The notes under the pieces are model-generated. The model was given only the letters and a program-made list of their open reading frames with translations. It had not been told where the DNA came from and made no database searches. Positions 26,953 to 37,264 of a stretch of DNA of 41,862 nucleotides are shown here, piece after piece. Both the position numbers and the translations under genes were made by a program. Origin of the DNA: an uncultured virus (IMG/VR IMGVR_UViG_3300030333_006991) (taxonomy: Duplodnaviria; Heunggongvirae; Uroviricota; Caudoviricetes). Within the stretch, counting starts at the first letter, position 1. Each line of letters opens with the position of its first letter. The stretch lies in IMG/VR virus record IMGVR_UViG_3300030333_006991, one strand, 5' to 3'.

Positions 26953-27580
26953 TCAATTCATTGATAATAGTCGTCAATTTCTTTTCCACAAGAGCCACTA
27001 CATTATCTGCTACGGTTTCAATCACACTCAAAGTATTCCCACCATCCATTTCAATCTGCATGGAAAGTTTAGGATATTGAGTTTGGATATTTCCGTATCT
27101 CGCCTTTGACTTTACTTCAACTGTGTTCCCATAAGATACAATTATTTTCGTATCAGATTTCGTGACTGAAGCCAAATGCTCAAGAATCTGTTCAGGCTCT
27201 CCATCTTCTAAAAGAGTGGACTTTTGATTAGAGGCTTCTTTGACTTGAGGTTTCTCTTTCAGAGTTAAGGAAAAGATTTCTTCTCCGATACCAATTTTCA
27301 GGACTTCATCCCCTCCACCATCAAGCGTATACTCTTGAGTATCAGCCTTTCGATTCGATTTCTTAGGTGCAGTAAACGAAGTGTTTTCCAAATCAAAGAA
27401 TCCGCAATCGTAGCGGTGTTTGCCTTCAAACCTGTGAACATAGATTCTGTGATTTGTGTTCTTAGGGTTTGACCATAACTTGTGTCCGAAGCCGTCACTC
27501 AAACTGAGAGCGATTTCGGTTCCATCAATATCAAGCATCTCTACGGATGTTAATTCAGCCATACTCTTAATCTCCGCCAA
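26945..27580 (-). CDS. Hypothetical protein
   Basis: 211 aa ORF in the operon; TATA-like CTCATATACC just upstream. Confidence 0.65.
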   Translation of the reverse strand: MAEIKSMAELTSVEMLDIDGTEIALSLSDGFGHKLWSNPKNTNHRIYVHRFEGKHRYDCGFFDLENTSFTAPKKSNRKADTQEYTLDGGGDEVLKIGIGEEIFSLTLKEKPQVKEASNQKSTLLEDGEPEQILEHLASVTKSDTKIIVSYGNTVEVKSKARYGNIQTQYPKLSMQIEMDGGNTLSVIETVADNVVALVEKKLTTIINELIE

Positions 27581-27608
27581 TTGGTATATGAGTGTTATCT
27601 ATGTTGAA

Positions 27609-28886
27609 TCACCCTGCGAAATCTACACCTACTGAAGTCAAGTCATCTAATTTCACTACTGAAAGAATGGCGGGCTTCGGTTCAAAACCGACCATCCGTT
27701 GGAAGGAAGTTTGACCTTGCCATGTAGAAGACACCACCATTTGAACCCCTTGATATTGTTCAAGACAATGCCCATGTGTGTGACCCGTCACGAAAATTTC
27801 AGGAGTGTTTTCAATAGTCAAAAGGTCTTGAGGTTCCGAAGCGATTTGATTTTTCACACCCCATTGTGGTGCGAGATGTCTGCGTTTCAACATTTGTTTC
27901 ATGGCCTCTTCAGGATTCTCGTAAGTGGCTTCTTTGATATTCATTACCATATCATCAATACTTTTACCGTGATAAGATAAAGTGTCTACACCACCCAATG
28001 TAAACCGACAAGGATTTCCAACAAAGTGTCCTGCGTTGAAATAACTTTGCACTTCTTTCGACAAAACAGGTTGCGGTTCAGCGAGCCTAACTGCATCGTG
28101 GTTGCCAGGTAGAATTACAGGCTCTATATGTTCGGGGAGGTCTTCAAAATACTCTCCTGTGACTTTGTATTGGTCGTATAATCCATGTATTGCTAATTCT
28201 TCGTCTTGGTTAGGATAAACGCCTACACCATCTACAATATCTCCTGATACAACAAGATAACCAATACTTTGTGCAATCGGGTCATCCGACTTCAACCACT
28301 TCAACATCTTTTCCCATTCATCGGTTAGAAAGTTGTTCGCTCCGATGTGAACATCAGAAATGAAGGCGGCTGAAACAGGGTCTATACCCTCTGTGTCTCT
28401 TTCCTTCTCAATGATGTGTGGAAAAAGAGCGTGACGAATCCACATCAGACCTCCATCTTTGCTTAGGTTTCCTTCCACCGCAATAATATCATCAACGGCA
28501 ATCGTGCCAACTCTATCTTGAACATCGGGACTCACCATCGCATCTAATTCACCTGAAGGGTCTTCGATTACAAGGCGGAGATAACCTGATGCTGTTTTCT
28601 TGGCTTCGATTACCATTACAATTGCTCTCGCCTTTGAATCCCACTTACTGAATCTGCTTCTGTTATCACAAATCTCTTCAAGCGATTGAACCTTACCAAA
28701 GCCGTAAGAGTTTTGTAAGTATCTCCTTATTTTCGTGTATCGGTCTAAAAATAAATCTCTAAACGCTTCTAATTTTTCCGTGGCTTCAGTATCAGCACCG
28801 ATGGTTTGAATAATATCCACTTCAAGGTCATGCTCGGTAGCCTTTGCTTGAAATCTTTTATCCATACTATCACTACTGCCATTCAC
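27609..28886 (-). CDS. polB: DNA polymerase D small subunit DP1 (PolD1; 3'-5' proofreading exonuclease)
   Basis: OB region (IEDPSGE, DDIIAVEG) plus calcineurin-like motifs FISDVHIG, SGDIVDGVGVYPNQ, PGNHDAVRLAEPQP, SYHGKSIDD, RRHLAP, TGHTH, STWQGQTSFQ. Confidence 0.96.
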   Translation of the reverse strand: MNGSSDSMDKRFQAKATEHDLEVDIIQTIGADTEATEKLEAFRDLFLDRYTKIRRYLQNSYGFGKVQSLEEICDNRSRFSKWDSKARAIVMVIEAKKTASGYLRLVIEDPSGELDAMVSPDVQDRVGTIAVDDIIAVEGNLSKDGGLMWIRHALFPHIIEKERDTEGIDPVSAAFISDVHIGANNFLTDEWEKMLKWLKSDDPIAQSIGYLVVSGDIVDGVGVYPNQDEELAIHGLYDQYKVTGEYFEDLPEHIEPVILPGNHDAVRLAEPQPVLSKEVQSYFNAGHFVGNPCRFTLGGVDTLSYHGKSIDDMVMNIKEATYENPEEAMKQMLKRRHLAPQWGVKNQIASEPQDLLTIENTPEIFVTGHTHGHCLEQYQGVQMVVSSTWQGQTSFQRMVGFEPKPAILSVVKLDDLTSVGVDFAG

Positions 28887-28896
28887 CTTTTAATGT

Positions 28897-30339
28897 TTAC
28901 CTTTCAAAGCCTTTCAGAAAGTCATCCCAAGTTTGCTCTTCCAAAGGAACACAATGATGGGTTTTCAACCCTACTTCACTTTTGAATCGTCTTCCGCACT
29001 TTTCACAATCTTGAGGTTGGCGAGGATTTTTACGCCTCCATGAGTTTTTCTTCAAAAGAGCATCCACATCTATATTTTTATCTTCAATGGCTTGGTTGCT
29101 CGGATTATAGACCATGAAGCGTAATTTATCCTTTGGAAATCCCTTTGAAAGAAGATTGGAAACAGATTTTTCATCTGAAGTATTTGGAATGTAGAAAAGA
29201 TAAATGGTCGGTTGTTCTCTTCCTCCTTTACGAAGTAATCTTCCAATAGTTTGAATCCGAGAGCGAACCGAGCGGGTTCCTGAAACCATAATTCCTACAT
29301 CGGCATCAGGAATATCTACACCTTCAACTAAGGCTCGACAAGATAACAACAACCCTGATTCAGAAGTGGTAAAATCTGCAAGGGCTTTTCTTCTTTTTTT
29401 AGCCGTTCTTTTACTGTGATAAACTAAAGGAGAAAGGTGAGAGTATCTCTTTTCCAACTTGTCTATATCTTCGATAGATTCGTGAAACACCATTTTCTTA
29501 TTCATCTTGTGATTGTGAAGTAAAAGGTCGAGCGCAGCAAATCTGTTACGAGCCGCATCTAATACTTCTTTTCGCTCTCTGACCGCTTTTAGAAACGCTC
29601 CTACGGCACTATCATCCGTCCCATTAGCAAGCAATCTGTTACACAGAAGAATCAGATTTCCTCTATTACCATACCGACTACCGAGCGACTTGGAAAGAGA
29701 GACAATCATTTGATGTGCCTCATCATGTTTTTGTTTTTCAAAGGGAGTCAAAGGTATCTGAACGGCACAAACTTCAAAATCTGCAATAACTCCTGATTGT
29801 AACGCCTCATCGTAACCGAATTGATAAATCACATCTCCTATAAGTTGCTGAAGAATCTCTAATCCTGAATCTTCTCGTTCAGGTGTAGCCGACAAACCTA
29901 ACGCAGCATCATGGTCTATATCAAAAATCCGAGCAAATGTTGGTGCGGCCATTCGATGGCATTCATCGGCTACAATTAAATGTGAATCAAGCACACCCTT
30001 TTCGGGCAACACCTTCAAACCTGAATTAACAACCATTACATTGATACGGGCGTTCCAATCAAGTTTACCACCTCCGATTCTTCCAACTGAAAAACCCAAA
30101 ATATCATCGAGAGTTTCAGCCCATTGATTCAGAAGAGCAATCTGAGGGACTACTACGGAAACAATGGAATTGGGCTTTTTCAACCACTCAACAATTATAG
30201 AGTGTGCTACTCGGCTCTTGCCTGAACCTGTTGTCGCTTGAACAATTCCCCTATTATTTTCCGCTTTCCATTTAGAAATAGCGTCCTGTTGCCACGGATA
30301 TAGATTGTATTGTTGGCCGTTACTTTGAAAATGTCCCAT
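28897..30339 (-). CDS. SF2 helicase, XPB/Rad25(SSL2)-like, with C-terminal Zn finger
   Basis: LYPWQ, ATTGSGKS, VADECH, GLSATPER, EGVDIP, QTIGRLLR; CEKCGRRFKSEVGLKTHHC. Confidence 0.92.
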   Translation of the reverse strand: MGHFQSNGQQYNLYPWQQDAISKWKAENNRGIVQATTGSGKSRVAHSIIVEWLKKPNSIVSVVVPQIALLNQWAETLDDILGFSVGRIGGGKLDWNARINVMVVNSGLKVLPEKGVLDSHLIVADECHRMAAPTFARIFDIDHDAALGLSATPEREDSGLEILQQLIGDVIYQFGYDEALQSGVIADFEVCAVQIPLTPFEKQKHDEAHQMIVSLSKSLGSRYGNRGNLILLCNRLLANGTDDSAVGAFLKAVRERKEVLDAARNRFAALDLLLHNHKMNKKMVFHESIEDIDKLEKRYSHLSPLVYHSKRTAKKRRKALADFTTSESGLLLSCRALVEGVDIPDADVGIMVSGTRSVRSRIQTIGRLLRKGGREQPTIYLFYIPNTSDEKSVSNLLSKGFPKDKLRFMVYNPSNQAIEDKNIDVDALLKKNSWRRKNPRQPQDCEKCGRRFKSEVGLKTHHCVPLEEQTWDDFLKGFER

Positions 30340-30411
30340 TGTAATCAGCCCCCCTACGAGGTAGGTAGTATAAAAATGTTAGGGCGAAAAGGGAATGAGT
30401 TAATCGAGTCA

Positions 30412-30861
30412 TCATTCTTCTTCGTGGCACTCGGCTTCGCAGTTGTTACCGCAACATTCTTTCTCGGAATCGCTTTGGTTGTCTTCCTCAGAATCCTCGT
30501 TTTCGGGATGAGGGATGGCACGAATATACCCTGCTTTCAGAATTGAAATGTTGTTCATAGGAATCATTATCATTGAAACTGCACGGATGCCGTTATCCAA
30601 TTCTTCGCTCTCAAGACCTGTCTCGGTTAGCAACTCAACCATGATATGTGAAGGTCTTTCATGGATGCTGTTTACTACGAGGTGTTTCGGGTTGTTGGCG
30701 TCATCGAAGTTGAACGCTCCCTCTGTCTTGAGTAATTCGTTGAAGTTAGTAACTCCATACTTGTTTCCATCAAACATAGGAGGTGTTCCAACAACGAAAC
30801 TGCATCCGTCTTCAGTCATGGCTGCTATGATAGGCAATTGTAGGCTCTCTGTATCGCTCAT
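30412..30861 (-). CDS. Hypothetical protein with acidic tail
   Basis: ATG start with upstream TGATTCATATAC TATA-like element. Confidence 0.65.
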   Translation of the reverse strand: MSDTESLQLPIIAAMTEDGCSFVVGTPPMFDGNKYGVTNFNELLKTEGAFNFDDANNPKHLVVNSIHERPSHIMVELLTETGLESEELDNGIRAVSMIMIPMNNISILKAGYIRAIPHPENEDSEEDNQSDSEKECCGNNCEAECHEEE

Positions 30862-30890
30862 GGTAGTAAGAGGGACTTATTGTATATGAA

Positions 30891-31109
30891 TCATTCTGTT
30901 TTATTGTATTCTAACCAACCTTTCAGAATCATCAATTCTATCAGGTCTTCAAATAAATCTTCGTTCAACCCTAACTCGTTTTTGATTTCATCTATTTCAT
31001 CGTCTGAAGTAACAGTTTCTAATCGTGCGTAAAGGTTCTTCAATAACTTGGACGCTTCCGAGTTACTCAAATCAGTTAGCCTCTCGTAAGGGTATTCCAT
31101 ATCTCTCAT
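30891..31109 (-). CDS. Small acidic protein, possibly winged-helix-like
   Basis: IDEIKNELGLNEDLFEDLIELMILKGWLEY pattern. Confidence 0.55.
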   Translation of the reverse strand: MRDMEYPYERLTDLSNSEASKLLKNLYARLETVTSDDEIDEIKNELGLNEDLFEDLIELMILKGWLEYNKTE

Positions 31110-31160
31110 AACCCCATAAAGGTCTTCGTCTATATCAATGATTCGGTTGGGTGGGATGGG

Positions 31161-32666
31161 TTAGTTATCACCGATGCTATTCCAATAATAGAGGTTTATT
31201 CCTGAAGCGAGAGGAGATACAATAATTCCTGCTTGCGAGAATTCTTGTTTGAGAGCCTGTTCTGTTTGTTGTAGTTTTTTAGTTAGTTGCTTACGCAGTT
31301 TTACGCCTTTCTCTTCGGCAGCAATACGCTTAGGATATTCTTTTAGGACTACTTCCTTAATTTCTGTTTCTCTCTCTTTGACTCTTAATGCTCGTTGAGC
31401 GTCTACTTCCTTTTTGAAATCAGCCACCCTCTTCTTATCTTCCTTTTCCAACCTCTTTCGGTATTCATCAACTAATTTTTTTGAATCGGTTTGGGCGGTC
31501 TTCAATTCTTTCTTGTGAGATTTAAGTGAGTTAGTTAATTGCGTGATTTGGTCTTTCAATACCAATTGAGTGTTAGGCTCTTTTACATAGAAACCTATTT
31601 TTTCAATATACTCTCTGAAGGCTACGAAATCTATCGCTTTCAATCGTTGGAATTGCTTCTCTAAAAATGGACACCAAAGTAAGTAAGGGTATGTTTCGTT
31701 TACGATACCTTCAAAAAATCTCCTATTGTGCAAAGCCATATACAATTCGGCATTCGGTTTATCGCTCCATGATGTGGGTGATTCTCCTACATAGTAACCA
31801 TCTGCTTCAGGAAAAACCTTCCGTCTTCTGTTATCAGGAGCATAGGAAGGTGAAACTTTGAATAATCCGCCTTTTTTCTCCATTTCGTGAATAAAATATA
31901 GTTGTGCTAAGGCGGTCATGTAAAAATGAGCCGTATGCAAGGTGTGTAAATCTGTGTGGAAATCCTCCCAATCTTGGTCAGTAGTGAATTGGTGAGGAAG
32001 ATAGTTTCCTTGTAAGTCAATGTATTTCGCATAAGTAGCCTCGGCTGTGTCCACTAAATCTATCAAATCTTGTCGCTGTCGGTCAGAACCGCTTTTTCCT
32101 CGACCCCTTGTGTTTCTGTCGTGCCACCCTGCGTTAGGGTCGAAACGACCTGTATCGTTCTGCCAATCCTTATCCGACTCTAATTCGTCTGAAGGGCAAC
32201 ACAAACCTGCTATATGTCTAAAGCGTGAAGCGTTTGTATCACCTCGTAAAAGAAGATAGTTTGAAAGGAAATCACTTCTCCGACTTACGATTGGAGAGGC
32301 TGTGATTCCCACTTTATCTTCTGTAATATCCTTATTGAAGTAAGTTTCGTATTCCAAAGGGTCGAATCGGTGCGGTATAACTCGGAAATCCCTATACTCT
32401 ACTGTTGAAGGTATTTCTGTAATATCGGTGAATGCCTCAGTTTGTCCCGCCTTTGCCCACTCGTCATAATGTGTGTTGTTGGTTTTGTAAGGAGTTGCTA
32501 TTACATCCCAAAACTTATCCAATTTATCTTCACTAATTTTTTTGTGTGGTGGGCTCTTGTAGATGCTCCAAGATTCCGCTCTAAAGATTTCTGCACTTTG
32601 TCGCTGAGGTCGGACCATAAGATAGCCCACACCAACCATACTCAATCCTAAAAGTAAATCTTTCAT
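31161..32666 (-). CDS. N-terminally anchored coiled-coil protein (paralog of 32671-34218)
   Basis: MKDLLLGLSMVGVGYLMVRP, AEIFRAES, CCP, LWCPFL, long C-terminal coiled coil. Confidence 0.8.
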   Translation of the reverse strand: MKDLLLGLSMVGVGYLMVRPQRQSAEIFRAESWSIYKSPPHKKISEDKLDKFWDVIATPYKTNNTHYDEWAKAGQTEAFTDITEIPSTVEYRDFRVIPHRFDPLEYETYFNKDITEDKVGITASPIVSRRSDFLSNYLLLRGDTNASRFRHIAGLCCPSDELESDKDWQNDTGRFDPNAGWHDRNTRGRGKSGSDRQRQDLIDLVDTAEATYAKYIDLQGNYLPHQFTTDQDWEDFHTDLHTLHTAHFYMTALAQLYFIHEMEKKGGLFKVSPSYAPDNRRRKVFPEADGYYVGESPTSWSDKPNAELYMALHNRRFFEGIVNETYPYLLWCPFLEKQFQRLKAIDFVAFREYIEKIGFYVKEPNTQLVLKDQITQLTNSLKSHKKELKTAQTDSKKLVDEYRKRLEKEDKKRVADFKKEVDAQRALRVKERETEIKEVVLKEYPKRIAAEEKGVKLRKQLTKKLQQTEQALKQEFSQAGIIVSPLASGINLYYWNSIGDN

Positions 32667-32670
32667 TTAA

Positions 32671-34218
32671 TCACCAACCCGATATGTCGTGTATTGACCA
32701 ACGGTGTTCTGCTACTTCCTTAGGATTTACTACTACTGTTCCGCCATATTTTGCACTTGCATTCTTGTTACCGTCTTTCAAGTGTTCCTTCATTTCTTTT
32801 ATTTCACCATCCAATGCCTTGACTCTGACTTGTGCCGACTTGATATAGTCAGGATTATTTTCTTTGATATTCTCCACTTCGTATTCCAAATCTTCTTTGT
32901 GTTCCGCCAATTCCTCTTTCAACTCTTTTCGGAGTTGAGCGATTTGTTTTTTGTGAGCCTGTCTCAACTCCTCGATTTCCTTTTTGATACGCTCATCAAC
33001 ATCTTTTGCATCTCTCAACTCTTTTCTCCATTCTCGGATGTTTCTTTTTTCATCCTGCAAATCCTCTTCCACACCTGAAAGGTTGTTTTCATAATATGCA
33101 GTTTTGTTTACTGCTTCATAATGTAGTGAGGTGATACGCCCGAAGTCAATCTCTTTTAACGCATCATATTGTTGTTGTAAGAAGTCGCACCAAAGAGTGT
33201 ATACCCCGTTCCAAACACTATCAGGTAGAGTGTATTCTGCGTGATGCTGTTTGAGGTAATGATGATATTTTTTCGGGAATGCTTCAAGGAATGTAGTCAG
33301 ATGGTCCTTACTTGATTGCCCTTCTACATAGTAGTAGCCGTATAACTCAGGGTATTGTTTACGATGCCGATAGTCGGCAGGACCTTGACGAGGCCCTATT
33401 TCAAAAATACTTCCTCCTTGTGGTTGAGTAAAGCGTTTCATTATTTGGTGGAAAAACAGGACCCCGCACAGGTCTTGCCATAACCAATAAGCCTTCCTTA
33501 TCTTCTCCATGTCTTCTCCAAACCCTTCGATACTCGCTTCTGAATTGATGGATAGTGTTGTCTGCAAGTTTCCGTTAGAGTCGAGGTATTTTCTATACGC
33601 AGTTAATCCTTCATTCACAGTGTCTTGAATCGCTTGATGCTCTTCTTGTGTTTCATTGTTTATCAAACTTGGATTAGTAGGGCAACAATACTCCATTCCT
33701 AAGTGTGGTTTATCCCACCTACTTCCGTGCGGCCACCGAGATTGACGCTCAAAACTCCATGTGTTGTTCATTTTCACTCCTGTATATTGTGAATGATAAC
33801 CTCCTGATTCTGAATATCCGATTCCTGACTCGTAACCTAAAAACACGCCTAAAGGAGTGTAATTATTCAATACACTGAGGTTCACAAGAGGCTGTCCATG
33901 CCACTTATCCTGCCAACGAATATACTCCCAATCTACATTTTCTAATGCGGGGTCAGGAGCATCCCTGTTACGGAGATTATAGGTGTAAACACCTGAACCG
34001 TAACTCTCTCTATACGGAGCCAACACTTGTAAAAAGGAAGGGTCTACTTTGTCGTTAGCGATAAAATCCCACAATCTTACCCACTTGTCTAAATCCACTT
34101 TCGTTACCGCTTGAGTGGGTTGAAAGGCATGAAATGTTTCTGCCTCATGTGTGGTAGAAGGTTTCATCATCATATAGCCTACACCGACCATACCTAATCC
34201 TAAAAGTAAATCTCTCAT
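32671..34218 (-). CDS. N-terminally anchored coiled-coil protein
   Basis: MRDLLLGLGMVGVGYMMMKP (start 34218 by paralogy and GGTGA SD), AETFHA, CCP, LWCDFL, coiled coil. Confidence 0.8.
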   Translation of the reverse strand: MRDLLLGLGMVGVGYMMMKPSTTHEAETFHAFQPTQAVTKVDLDKWVRLWDFIANDKVDPSFLQVLAPYRESYGSGVYTYNLRNRDAPDPALENVDWEYIRWQDKWHGQPLVNLSVLNNYTPLGVFLGYESGIGYSESGGYHSQYTGVKMNNTWSFERQSRWPHGSRWDKPHLGMEYCCPTNPSLINNETQEEHQAIQDTVNEGLTAYRKYLDSNGNLQTTLSINSEASIEGFGEDMEKIRKAYWLWQDLCGVLFFHQIMKRFTQPQGGSIFEIGPRQGPADYRHRKQYPELYGYYYVEGQSSKDHLTTFLEAFPKKYHHYLKQHHAEYTLPDSVWNGVYTLWCDFLQQQYDALKEIDFGRITSLHYEAVNKTAYYENNLSGVEEDLQDEKRNIREWRKELRDAKDVDERIKKEIEELRQAHKKQIAQLRKELKEELAEHKEDLEYEVENIKENNPDYIKSAQVRVKALDGEIKEMKEHLKDGNKNASAKYGGTVVVNPKEVAEHRWSIHDISGW

Positions 34219-34223
34219 TTTAC

Positions 34224-35066
34224 TCACCCTGTTAAACTCTCGCTCCAATTCAGTAATCCTCGATTAGGAGATAAGCGAGCATACTTTGACGGTTTCCAAA
34301 TCCACATTTTTCTACCTTCTATACCTGTTCTCAATCCTCCTTCTCCTGCTTCAGCAGCCATCTTTTCAAAAGACAGTCCTCCCCATTTTAGTGCCTCTCC
34401 TTTAGTGGTTGAAATCCAATGAGGATTCCTCAGGAGTTTCATTGAATCCACAACCCTGTCTAAGAAACTTTCATATCCATACTCAGTAGGATTATTATTG
34501 AACCCGCTCTGCAATACAAATCTCCCTTCCCACTCATGGTCGCTTGGTGCGAGCGGAGTCAATTCAACTCTTGTTTCTCGACCTATCCGAGTTACACGAA
34601 GAGGGCCGTCTTCAGAGTTTCCTACAACCATGTAACATCCGAAAGTTGCCCGTGTCCCAACGAGGAAAAACCACACGGAGCGAGGAAAACAAGTTTCCAA
34701 CGGATTGAAGTCGAGGTCGGAATCCATAACCGAATAAGGCATCTTCAAGGATAACCGATTTTTTGGAAAACGCTTCGTTACACTTCCTATCTCATCATCT
34801 GATGCAGTTTTTCTTTCGTCAGCCTCTTTTACAAGTTGTTTGAATACGGAATTAGGAATCGTCTGCCACTCACCGTTAGTTGTTCCTTTCAAATCAAAAG
34901 GAAAAAAGTCATTTGGAGTTAGGTCTGCGGGATAGTTTTTCCCTTCTCTGAATGTGTTCTCCAAGAGAGAAGGCATTAGGGAAAATGTCCAATCACCAAT
35001 TAAATCTTGGTTGTAATAAGCCCACTTTGCAGGGGAACAAACCGTGTTATACCCTTCTCGACTCAT
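34224..35066 (-). CDS. Hypothetical protein with C-terminal GLLNW motif
   Basis: Start moved to ATG 35066 (MSREG), just downstream of the minus-strand promoter motif. Confidence 0.72.
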   Translation of the reverse strand: MSREGYNTVCSPAKWAYYNQDLIGDWTFSLMPSLLENTFREGKNYPADLTPNDFFPFDLKGTTNGEWQTIPNSVFKQLVKEADERKTASDDEIGSVTKRFPKNRLSLKMPYSVMDSDLDFNPLETCFPRSVWFFLVGTRATFGCYMVVGNSEDGPLRVTRIGRETRVELTPLAPSDHEWEGRFVLQSGFNNNPTEYGYESFLDRVVDSMKLLRNPHWISTTKGEALKWGGLSFEKMAAEAGEGGLRTGIEGRKMWIWKPSKYARLSPNRGLLNWSESLTG

Positions 35067-35084
35067 AGAATCAAGTAACCGCAC

Positions 35085-35096
35085 GACTATAAGAAA
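35085..35096 (-). promoter_or_regulatory. TTTCTTATAGTC promoter motif, minus strand
   Basis: Plus strand reads GACTATAAGAAA; heads the three-gene run 35066 to 31161. Confidence 0.78.
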
Positions 35097-35113
35097 CCGA
35101 GTGTTATAGTAAA

Positions 35114-35452
35114 TCAATCTCGTCTTTCGACAGGCTTGTATTTTTCTCGCAATTCTGCCAAGTTGTTGTTCTTTGTAAGAGCCCACACTGTAACCATGTA
35201 ACCTCTTCTACGAGAATCTCCACGGGCGACTTTCGTTTGTCCCACTTCTTGGAAGACACGACCTCCTTCAGGACTTCGCACACCTCTCAAGGAATGTGAA
35301 ACTGCACCTGTGGAAGGCAGTTGCCTCTTTCCACAATGGTTTCTCAAATATTCAATCATCTCGGTAGCCGTAGCCGCTCCACGGCCATCGGAACCTCCGC
35401 CTTCAAGGAATTTCGTAATTCTCGCTTCATACCACTTTTTTCTGTGCGCCAT
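35114..35452 (-). CDS. Small basic protein, possibly winged-helix DNA-binding
   Basis: ATATEMIEYL...STGAVSHSLR; canonical BRE-TATA at 35485-35500. Confidence 0.6.
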   Translation of the reverse strand: MAHRKKWYEARITKFLEGGGSDGRGAATATEMIEYLRNHCGKRQLPSTGAVSHSLRGVRSPEGGRVFQEVGQTKVARGDSRRRGYMVTVWALTKNNNLAELREKYKPVERRD

Positions 35453-35535
35453 TCATCTCACCCGACTCTATGAAGGAGCCATTTGGTATAAAACTTTCGG
35501 TGGGGTATTTAAGCATACTATGATTCTTATGAGAA

Positions 35536-36567
35536 TCAGAAATCGAATAAATCGGTTTGTTTATCATTACTTTTCACCTTCATTTCAACCTCAAAATGAC
35601 TCCGCCTCTTTTCAGGTATATCAGCCGTAGTCATAAAGTATGGTCCTATACAATCACTTAGAGCAATCTTCCAATATGAACCTTCCGATTCTCCCCTTGC
35701 GAGGAAAGTGGATAGAGGTAAGGTGTAGGTTACTCCTGTTTGTTCTGCTGCGACTGTGTGTTTCACGGAAAGGGCTGTCTTTCTCCAACTGATAATGTCT
35801 TCGTGGCGGGCGACCATGTAATCACCTTCGATACGGGCTAACAGACAAGGAGTTTTGATACACTTGGTTAAACCGAGGAGCCATTCGTTGTTCGCCTCAT
35901 CTAACACGGCCTTGTATAGGAAATCTGCTGCGGGAATCGAGTAAAGAGTTTCCTCTTTGGAGAATAATAGGGTTCCACTTTTTAGTGATTTTTCTTCCAC
36001 CCACTTAGACACTAATTCCGCAGGAAATCTTGCGAGTGACTTGTCTACTTTGATACCCATTTCAGGTGATTCTAAATCGTAGATTACAGGGTCTTTTCTT
36101 TTCGTGACTTGAACGGTTTGAATCTCTTGGTTGTAATCACCATTATCAGAGGAATTACCACATAAGGAACAAACTACTTCTCCGTTTCGCTCAACGAGGG
36201 TGAAGGAATAATGTTGGTCGAATGAGTAGGATTTCAAACGGGCTTCTCTTTTACGAAGTCGGATTTCTGCACCATCATCTGACCAATCAGAAGTCCATTC
36301 GTTATCATCATCTCTTTCAGCCGCAGGACTACACCATTTACAAAAGGGTCGGAGCGGCCAAACTGTTTTCAAGACACCTCTTTTCGTTTCCTTTTCTTCA
36401 ACGAAGTAATTGGGTTCTTCGGTTTTGGTTTTTGTGAATGAGCCTGTTACCGCTTCAGTAGCGGTTTCAGTGTAAAGACGGATTTCTCCATCTCCTGATT
36501 CACGGTTCTTCTTCACAGGGTCGAGAATGGGAAAGTCGCCTTTCANNNNNNNNNNCATAGTCATCAA
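35536..36567 (-). CDS. Hypothetical Zn-ribbon protein; 5' end crosses an N gap
   Basis: CKWC and CSLCG; gap at 36546-36555; the true start may be ATG 36610 (MPGYNKSVVDSLGSVDDY) in another frame. Confidence 0.65.
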   Translation of the reverse strand: MMTMXXXXKGDFPILDPVKKNRESGDGEIRLYTETATEAVTGSFTKTKTEEPNYFVEEKETKRGVLKTVWPLRPFCKWCSPAAERDDDNEWTSDWSDDGAEIRLRKREARLKSYSFDQHYSFTLVERNGEVVCSLCGNSSDNGDYNQEIQTVQVTKRKDPVIYDLESPEMGIKVDKSLARFPAELVSKWVEEKSLKSGTLLFSKEETLYSIPAADFLYKAVLDEANNEWLLGLTKCIKTPCLLARIEGDYMVARHEDIISWRKTALSVKHTVAAEQTGVTYTLPLSTFLARGESEGSYWKIALSDCIGPYFMTTADIPEKRRSHFEVEMKVKSNDKQTDLFDF

Positions 36568-36626
36568 CAGAGCCGAGGCTATCCACTACACTTTTGTTGT
36601 AGCCTGGCATTCTCTTTTTACCCATG

Positions 36627-36959
36627 CTAATTCCGACCTAATTCCTTTTTTACTTTTTCTGTAAACTCTTCTGCTGCTAAAATCGTCTTTTCTTCAAACT
36701 CTTCTACACTGACCGTCTTGTAACGATAATGTGGAGGTGCGTCACCTCTTAATGCGTATTCTCTTTTAACGAGTCCCTGTTTCAATAACACTGAAAGGGT
36801 TCTCGTTATTACGGAAGCATCAAGTCCTGTTAGGTTTTGTATCTCTCTGCTTGATAGGTCGTGTTCATTTACTTCGTTTAATTTAACAAACATTTCGTAT
36901 TGCTTCGGAGTTAAACCGAGTAGGTAACGGATGTTGTCTTCGCCTGTTTTTACTTTCAT
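36627..36959 (-). CDS. Archaeal TrmB/MarR-like winged-helix transcription regulator
   Basis: LLGLTPKQYEMF, LSSREIQNLTGLDASVITRTLSVLLKQGLVKRE, YRY. Confidence 0.82.
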   Translation of the reverse strand: MKVKTGEDNIRYLLGLTPKQYEMFVKLNEVNEHDLSSREIQNLTGLDASVITRTLSVLLKQGLVKREYALRGDAPPHYRYKTVSVEEFEEKTILAAEEFTEKVKKELGRN

Positions 36960-37065
36960 ATTAAGCCACCACTATTCGATACTTCCGACACAACCTATAT
37001 GAATCATTGTTACACAAATGCACAACGGTTAAAATAGCAAGACGCACTATTCAAGGTGTGGTAGT

Positions 37066-37263
37066 ATGGCAGAGCAACCTGAGAATGGTGAAAAACCTAA
37101 GGAAAAGGTAGGTTCAAATGTTTACTTCCACCGCATGAATATTTGCGGAACCTGTCCTCAGATGAAAAGAGGAATTATGGTCAGCCGATGTGAGTTATGT
37201 GGTTGTGTTCTCGCTTTGAAAGCACGGATGAAAAATGAAAGTTGTCCATTGGGGAAGTGGTGA
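37066..37263 (+). CDS. Small Cys-rich protein (DUF6171-like)
   Basis: RMNICGTCP...CELCGC...KARM...CPLGKW. Confidence 0.75.
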   Translation: MAEQPENGEKPKEKVGSNVYFHRMNICGTCPQMKRGIMVSRCELCGCVLALKARMKNESCPLGKW

Positions 37264-37264
37264 T

